A DNA stretch of 64,000 nucleotides, taken from Anaerolineae bacterium (GTDB lineage Bacteria; Chloroflexota; Anaerolineae; UBA1429). The translations under genes were made by a program, and so were the position numbers. The stretch is taken from the NCBI GenBank assembly GCA_963675785.1, contig OY776562.1, positions 2,496,001 through 2,560,000 on the forward strand, written 5' to 3'. Shown here piece after piece: positions 58,874-64,000 of the stretch (the stretch's first letter is position 1; each line of letters opens with the position of its first letter). The notes beneath the pieces were generated by a model, which did not search any database, was not told where the DNA came from, and worked only from the letters and a program-made list of their open reading frames with translations.

Positions 58874-59605
58874 ATGGTACCCAATCAAAGAGGCGTTCAA
58901 CGCGTGGTAACCGCTGGCCTGTTGCTGGCCATTACCCTACTGCTGACCTTTACTCGCATCGGCATGATCCCAGTGCCTACGCCCGCTGGCAATGCTACTA
59001 TCAGCCATATTCCTGCCATCATCGGCGGCATTTTGGAGGGCCCTCTGGTTGGCCTCATCGTGGGCATGGGCTTTGGCTTTGCCAGTTATGCCACAGCCAC
59101 CACGCCCATGTTCAAAGACCCGCTGGTAGCCGTACTGCCGCGTTTGTTCATCGGTGTGGCTTCTTACTATATGATTGCCCTACTCTACAAGGCCAACCGC
59201 AAAACACTGCAGACCCTAGCCGGCGTATTGTGGGCCCTGCTGCTGGTTTTTTCCTGGCAGATCGGTGGACAGACGCTCTGGTTGGGCATTCTAGTTGCCC
59301 TAGTCTCTACAGCTGCAGCCATTGCCGCGTTTATCTGGCTGCAAAAAGAGGATACGCGCATCGTTGCCCTAGCCATTGCCTCGGTCGTCGGCTCTTTTAC
59401 CAATACCGTGCTCGTTTTGGGCATGGCGGTATTCCGCGCCTATCTCACTGCTGAAGTAGCCTTGGCTGTGGGCCTTGTCCACGGCGTGCCCGAAGCCATT
59501 ATCAGCGCCATTATCACCGTCGCTGTAGTCGCCACGTTGAGGCAGATCAATCGCAAAAAGGCGGGCTCCAAGCTCGTACGCGAAAACAGCAGCACGAATC
59601 AATAA
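58874..59605 (+). CDS. ECF S component, probable pantothenate/pantetheine-binding PanT
   Basis: IGMIPVP...ATISHIPAIIGGILEGP, VLPR, GSFTNTVLVL; adjacent to coaX. Confidence 0.8.
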   Translation: MVPNQRGVQRVVTAGLLLAITLLLTFTRIGMIPVPTPAGNATISHIPAIIGGILEGPLVGLIVGMGFGFASYATATTPMFKDPLVAVLPRLFIGVASYYMIALLYKANRKTLQTLAGVLWALLLVFSWQIGGQTLWLGILVALVSTAAAIAAFIWLQKEDTRIVALAIASVVGSFTNTVLVLGMAVFRAYLTAEVALAVGLVHGVPEAIISAIITVAVVATLRQINRKKAGSKLVRENSSTNQ

Positions 59606-59621
59606 CAGCAGGAGGGGAAAC

Positions 59622-60395
59622 ATGCTTCTCTGTGTAGATGTTGGTAACACCAATACGGTCCTGGGGCTTTACGATGGTGAAGAACTGGTCACCCATTGGC
59701 GCATCAGCACTGACGCCCATCGCATGCCCGATGAGTACGGCATTCAATTGTTGACCCTGGCCGCCAATGCACACATCGAGCTACCCAGCATTGATGGGGC
59801 TATTGTGGCCAGCGTGGTGCCGCCTGTCACTGAATACCTGACTGAGATGATCCACGAATACGTGGGCATCGAGCCGCTGGTAGTGGGAGGCGGTATCCGC
59901 ACCGGCGTGCCTATTCGCTACAGCAGCCCGCAAGAAGTGGGTGCCGACCGCATCGTCAATGCTGTAGCCGCTCACAAACTCTACGGTGGACCGGCCTGCA
60001 TCGTCGATTTCGGTACTGCCACTACCTTTGACGCCCTTTCTGCCAAGGGAGAGTACCTGGGCGGCGCCATCTCGCCGGGCATTCGCCTGGCCGCCGAAGC
60101 CCTTTACGAGCGTACCGCCAAGTTGCCCCGCATCGACCTAAAAGCCCCCGATAAAGCCGTGGGGGCCAACACCATCGACGCCATGCGCTCAGGCATCCTC
60201 TATGGCTATATCGGCCTGGTGGAAGGTATGGTCAAGCGTTTCCGCGCTGAACTGGGCGCCAACATGAAAGTCATTGCCACTGGCGGTTTGGCCGAGGTAG
60301 TGGCTCGTCACACTGATTGCATCGAAGTAGTAGATACCTGGCTAACCCTCAAGGGCCTGCGGTTCATTTATGAGCTGAACGAGGAGGAGCGATGA
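59622..60395 (+). CDS. coaX: Type III pantothenate kinase
   Basis: DVGNTN, SVVP, GADRIVN, VDFGTATTFD, GGAI.PG, ATGG. Confidence 0.96.
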   Translation: MLLCVDVGNTNTVLGLYDGEELVTHWRISTDAHRMPDEYGIQLLTLAANAHIELPSIDGAIVASVVPPVTEYLTEMIHEYVGIEPLVVGGGIRTGVPIRYSSPQEVGADRIVNAVAAHKLYGGPACIVDFGTATTFDALSAKGEYLGGAISPGIRLAAEALYERTAKLPRIDLKAPDKAVGANTIDAMRSGILYGYIGLVEGMVKRFRAELGANMKVIATGGLAEVVARHTDCIEVVDTWLTLKGLRFIYELNEEER

Positions 60396-61600
60396 TCCTA
60401 AAAGGAAAGAACGTGGTCCTCGGCGTTACCGGGGGTATTGCCGCCTACAAAGCCGTAGATTTGTGCAGCAAGCTGGTGCAGGCTGGTGCTAACGTGGACG
60501 TCATCATGACGCCCGCCGCTACCAAGTTTGTCACGCCGCTGCCCTTTCAAACCATCTCGCAGAACCCAGTCTCTACCGACATGTTCCAGTTGCTCAAAGA
60601 AACCGATATGGCCCACATCTCCCTCTCGAAAAAAGCGGATGTGATCGTCATTGCCCCGGCAACCGCCAACACCATTGCCAAGCTGGCCCATGGTATGGCC
60701 GATAACCTGCTGACTACCACCGTGCTGGCCTCACCCGCGCCGTTGGTCATTGCCCCGGCCATGGATGCCGACATGTGGGCTAACCCACGCACTCAGGCCA
60801 ACGTGCGCACGCTGGTCGATTCCGGCGTTGCTTTTGTAGGGCCTGGCGAGGGCCGACTGGCTTCGGGGCGCATGGGACGGGGACGGTTGGTCTCCACAGA
60901 AGATATCCTGGCTGCCATGCGCATCAAGCTGGGCGAAAAGGGGCCTCTGGCTGGCCAACAGGTGGTGGTTACCGCCGGTGGCACCCAAGAGCCGCTGGAC
61001 CCCGTGCGTCATCTAGGCAATCGCAGCTCGGGCAAGATGGGTTACGCCCTGGCTATCGCCGCCCGCGATGCTGGCGCCCACGTTACCCTGATCTCGGCGC
61101 CCTGCTGTCTGGAAGCGCCTTACGGCGTCGAGTTTGTGCCTGTACGCACCGCCGCCGAGATGCACCAGGCTGTGCTGGCTCATGCCAATGGCTCAGACAT
61201 CCTGTTCATGGCCGCTGCCGTGGCTGACTACCATCCGGCTGTTGTGTCCGCTGAAAAGATGAAAAAGACGCCGGGCAACCTCATGCTGGAACTGGAGCGC
61301 ACGCCTGACATTCTGGCCAGCGTGGCAGAGATGGGCGTCGCGCGACCGCGCGTGGTGGTGGGTTTTGCCGCCGAAACCGAGAATGTGCTGGCCAACGCCC
61401 AGAGCAAATTGGCGCGCAAAAAACTGGACATGATCGTGGCTAACGATGTATCCGTAGCGGATAGCGGCTTTGGCGTGGACACCAACCGCGTCACCCTACT
61501 GACGCCTGATGGTCAGCAGGAAGAGTTGCCGCTCCTCTCCAAAGAAAAAGTCGCCGAACGCATCATTGCCGCTACCGCCTCGATGGGAGATGGGGCATGA
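60392..61600 (+). CDS. coaBC: Bifunctional phosphopantothenoylcysteine decarboxylase/synthetase
   Basis: GGIAAYK, APATAN, PAM, TAGGT.E.LDPVR..NRSSGKMG, AAAVAD, GFAAET. Confidence 0.96.
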   Translation: MILKGKNVVLGVTGGIAAYKAVDLCSKLVQAGANVDVIMTPAATKFVTPLPFQTISQNPVSTDMFQLLKETDMAHISLSKKADVIVIAPATANTIAKLAHGMADNLLTTTVLASPAPLVIAPAMDADMWANPRTQANVRTLVDSGVAFVGPGEGRLASGRMGRGRLVSTEDILAAMRIKLGEKGPLAGQQVVVTAGGTQEPLDPVRHLGNRSSGKMGYALAIAARDAGAHVTLISAPCCLEAPYGVEFVPVRTAAEMHQAVLAHANGSDILFMAAAVADYHPAVVSAEKMKKTPGNLMLELERTPDILASVAEMGVARPRVVVGFAAETENVLANAQSKLARKKLDMIVANDVSVADSGFGVDTNRVTLLTPDGQQEELPLLSKEKVAERIIAATASMGDGA

Positions 61601-62559
61601 AACCAAGATATGCGGGCTCGATCACCGATGTGACCGGCATTACCGTGGGGCAAGCGCAAAATCTCGAGGCAGGCACCGGCTGCACAGTAGTGCTGGCTGA
61701 TGGTGGCGCTATTGCTGGTGGTTCAGTGCGCGGCCTCTCCCCTGGCACCCGCGAAACCGACCTTCTGCGCCCTGGCACGTTGGTACAAAAGGCCAATGCC
61801 ATCCTGCTCACCGGAGGCAGCGCCTTTGGCCTGGCTGCTGCTGATGGCGTGATGCGCTATTTGGAAGAGCATGATCTGGGCCACGATACCGGCGTCGCAA
61901 AGGTGCCCATTGTGCCCGGTGCGGTGCTGTTCGATCTGGCCGTGGGCCAGGCCTCCATTCGCCCCGACGCTGCTATGGGCTATCTGGCTTGCCAGAACGC
62001 TTCAGTCGCCATTCCCGCCATGGGTAATGTAGGGGCTGGAACGGGTGCTAGTGTGGGCAAATTGCTGGGCATGAACCGCGCTTACAAGGCGGGCATTGGC
62101 ACAGCCAGCATTAGCGCCGGAGGATTGGTGGTGGGCGCCATTGTTGCTACCAATGCTTTTGGCGATGTCATCGACCCCGAAAACGGCACCATCCTGGCGG
62201 GCACGCGTAAAGCCGTGGGTTCAGGCTTTGCCGATACCGCTCAGGCCATGCGCTCGATGGTCGTGCGCAATGTGTTAGCACGCACCAACACGGTTATTGG
62301 CGTCATTGCCACCAATGCCGATCTCGATGTAGCCCAAACCAACGAAGTATCCGCCGCAGCTCACGACGGTCTGGCGAGGGTCATCCGCCCCTCGCATACG
62401 CTCTACGATGGCGATACCCTATTTGCCCTTTCCACATGCGAGATCAAGACCAACCTGGCGTTGGTGGCCGATATGGCCGCCGAGGCAACCGCCAAGGCCA
62501 TCATCAACGGCATACTGGCCGCCGAGGCCGCTTATGGATTGCCAGCCGTCAACAAGTAA
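61597..62559 (+). CDS. Peptidase S58/DmpA (P1) family Ntn hydrolase; probable ThnT-like pantetheine hydrolase
   Basis: ITDV.GI.VG, PGTRET, LTGGSAFGL, GNVGAGTG, N-T-V-I autoprocessing site, HT.YDGD. Confidence 0.85.
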   Translation: MKPRYAGSITDVTGITVGQAQNLEAGTGCTVVLADGGAIAGGSVRGLSPGTRETDLLRPGTLVQKANAILLTGGSAFGLAAADGVMRYLEEHDLGHDTGVAKVPIVPGAVLFDLAVGQASIRPDAAMGYLACQNASVAIPAMGNVGAGTGASVGKLLGMNRAYKAGIGTASISAGGLVVGAIVATNAFGDVIDPENGTILAGTRKAVGSGFADTAQAMRSMVVRNVLARTNTVIGVIATNADLDVAQTNEVSAAAHDGLARVIRPSHTLYDGDTLFALSTCEIKTNLALVADMAAEATAKAIINGILAAEAAYGLPAVNK

Positions 62560-62581
62560 CCACAGGCGCGTTTTGCACAAG

Positions 62582-62614
62582 AAAAAAGGCGGTCGGATAA
62601 TCCGACCGCCTTTT
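62582..62614. terminator. Bidirectional terminator
   Basis: AAAAGGCGGTCGGA-TAA-TCCGACCGCCTTTT. Confidence 0.85.
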
Positions 62615-62625
62615 AGCATACGCTT

Positions 62626-63969
62626 CTAGCTGTGGCTCTGGCGACCCTCATCATAGATAGGGCCATAAACCTCGCGATCGAACATGGCACAGCCGGCCCG
62701 GCCGTGATCGCGCATGATCTGCGTGCAGCGGCTGCAGGCCACGCACACGCCGCGAGTCTTCATGGCGCCGTCCAGTAGAATATCGCGAGCAAAATCAGGA
62801 TAGGCAAAGGCCATGCGACCCGCCCCCACGATATCGGCCCAACCAGCCTCGACCACGCCAGCAGCCACGTTGGCCATATACTGCCTCAGCCAGGAATAGC
62901 CCGAGCCCATAATCAACATATCGGGGTTAGCCAGCTTGATATCACGCGCCACATGGATGATGCGCTCCACACCAAAGAGCGGATGCTCTTCTGGTGTATA
63001 GGCCCCCACGGTATTGGTATCGAACGGGCGGTTGATATGCGGCTTGAAATAGGGGTTCCCTATCGTCACATTGACCAGTGAGACGCCCAATCCCTTGAGC
63101 ATGCCGACCAGCTCGATAGGCTCACTCAGATCGGGCACCATGGGGTCGTCCTTACTGACGCCCCAACCCCAGGGATAAGGATGCCCATCGTAACAGTTCA
63201 TACGAATGGTGATGTCGATCTCGGGCACCTCGTTACGCACGCGTGCCACGGTCTCACGCAACATGCGGGTGCGGTTCTCGAACGATCCGCCGTACTTGCC
63301 CTCGCGGGTATGGCAGGCCAACAGCTCAGAGAGCAGATAGCGATGGCAGCTCTTGATGTCGACGCTATCGAAACCCGCCTTGTAAGCCAGCTTGGCCGCC
63401 GCCACATAGGCGTCCTGCAAACGATCGAGGTAATCGTCCGTCACCAGAGGATAATCGGCAGGGATACCCACAGCATCGTCGAGCAGCCCATCATGATGGG
63501 CAATGATAGGAGCCGGCTTATCCACCGGGCGAGAATAACGCCCCGAATGGGTCAGCTGGATGGCGCAATAGGGGTCATAGGCAGCACCATTGCGCTCCTG
63601 GCCGTCCGCTACAGACTCTTCGCGAAGACGCTTGAAAGCGTCCAAGTTGTCCTCAACCAGCAATAATTGGCGAGGATTGGCGCGCCCCTCGGGAACCACG
63701 GCCGTGGCCTCGAACCAGAGCAGCCCGGCGCCGCCACGCGCAAAACGGTGATAGCGTCGAATGGTCAGTTCATCGGGCTTGCCCTCAGCTGTGCCGTCGC
63801 AGCCTTCCATGGGGTGAACACCCAGTGAATTCGGCGATACTTTGCGGCCAACCTGCACGGGGCGAGCGAGAACGCTCAAATCCTCGCTGACGGGCAAGTC
63901 TAGCCCGAGTTCATCAATGCGAGCCTTGAGATCATCCAAAGTCTTGAAACGGAACCTCTCATGGGGCAT
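62626..63969 (-). CDS. NADH:flavin oxidoreductase / old yellow enzyme family
   Basis: PMEGCD, GGAGLLWFEA, QLTHSGR, AGFDSVDIK.CH.YL, YGGSFENR, CVACSRC. Confidence 0.92.
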   Translation of the reverse strand: MPHERFRFKTLDDLKARIDELGLDLPVSEDLSVLARPVQVGRKVSPNSLGVHPMEGCDGTAEGKPDELTIRRYHRFARGGAGLLWFEATAVVPEGRANPRQLLLVEDNLDAFKRLREESVADGQERNGAAYDPYCAIQLTHSGRYSRPVDKPAPIIAHHDGLLDDAVGIPADYPLVTDDYLDRLQDAYVAAAKLAYKAGFDSVDIKSCHRYLLSELLACHTREGKYGGSFENRTRMLRETVARVRNEVPEIDITIRMNCYDGHPYPWGWGVSKDDPMVPDLSEPIELVGMLKGLGVSLVNVTIGNPYFKPHINRPFDTNTVGAYTPEEHPLFGVERIIHVARDIKLANPDMLIMGSGYSWLRQYMANVAAGVVEAGWADIVGAGRMAFAYPDFARDILLDGAMKTRGVCVACSRCTQIMRDHGRAGCAMFDREVYGPIYDEGRQSHS

Positions 63970-64000
63970 GAGGCTATCCCCTTTCTATCCAATCACGAGT

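Noticed and set aside
1-64000. CRISPR array, cas genes, integrase or transposase
   Set aside because: No regularly spaced repeats with unique spacers and no ORF with recognisable Cas, recombinase or transposase motifs

Overview
Bacterial chromosomal window, most consistent with Chloroflexota (Anaerolineae-like). This is inferred from gene content, a YxPL-type C-terminal tail, a GAAC-N4-GTTC LexA-type box and a pan-like RNA leader. It holds about 60 CDS, mostly housekeeping and sugar-catabolic (sfsA, radC, rseP, rnz, lon, mazG, rph, ybeY, coaX, coaBC, two ECF transporters, three GH4, three PL22 Ogl-like), and three tRNAs (Arg-TCT, His-GTG, Gly-CCC). Main observations: (1) an accessory islet at the tRNA-Arg 3' end with an XRE repressor, an unannotated 45-aa ORF under a LexA-box promoter, and a DUF3800 RNase H-like gene facing a separately promoted ~70-nt three-hairpin RNA; (2) an archaeal (Aeropyrum-type) mevalonate cluster, UbiD-AcnX(L)-AcnX(S)-IPK; (3) a DnaA-box cluster with no dnaA nearby; (4) a pan-like attenuator leading an ECF-PanT-coaX-coaBC operon that ends in a ThnT-like probable pantetheine hydrolase; (5) a PHP-AlbA_2 fusion gene; (6) a low-GC islet at tRNA-His. 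No CRISPR array, rRNA, integrase or transposase was seen. All calls come from reading the sequence by eye; no database search was run.
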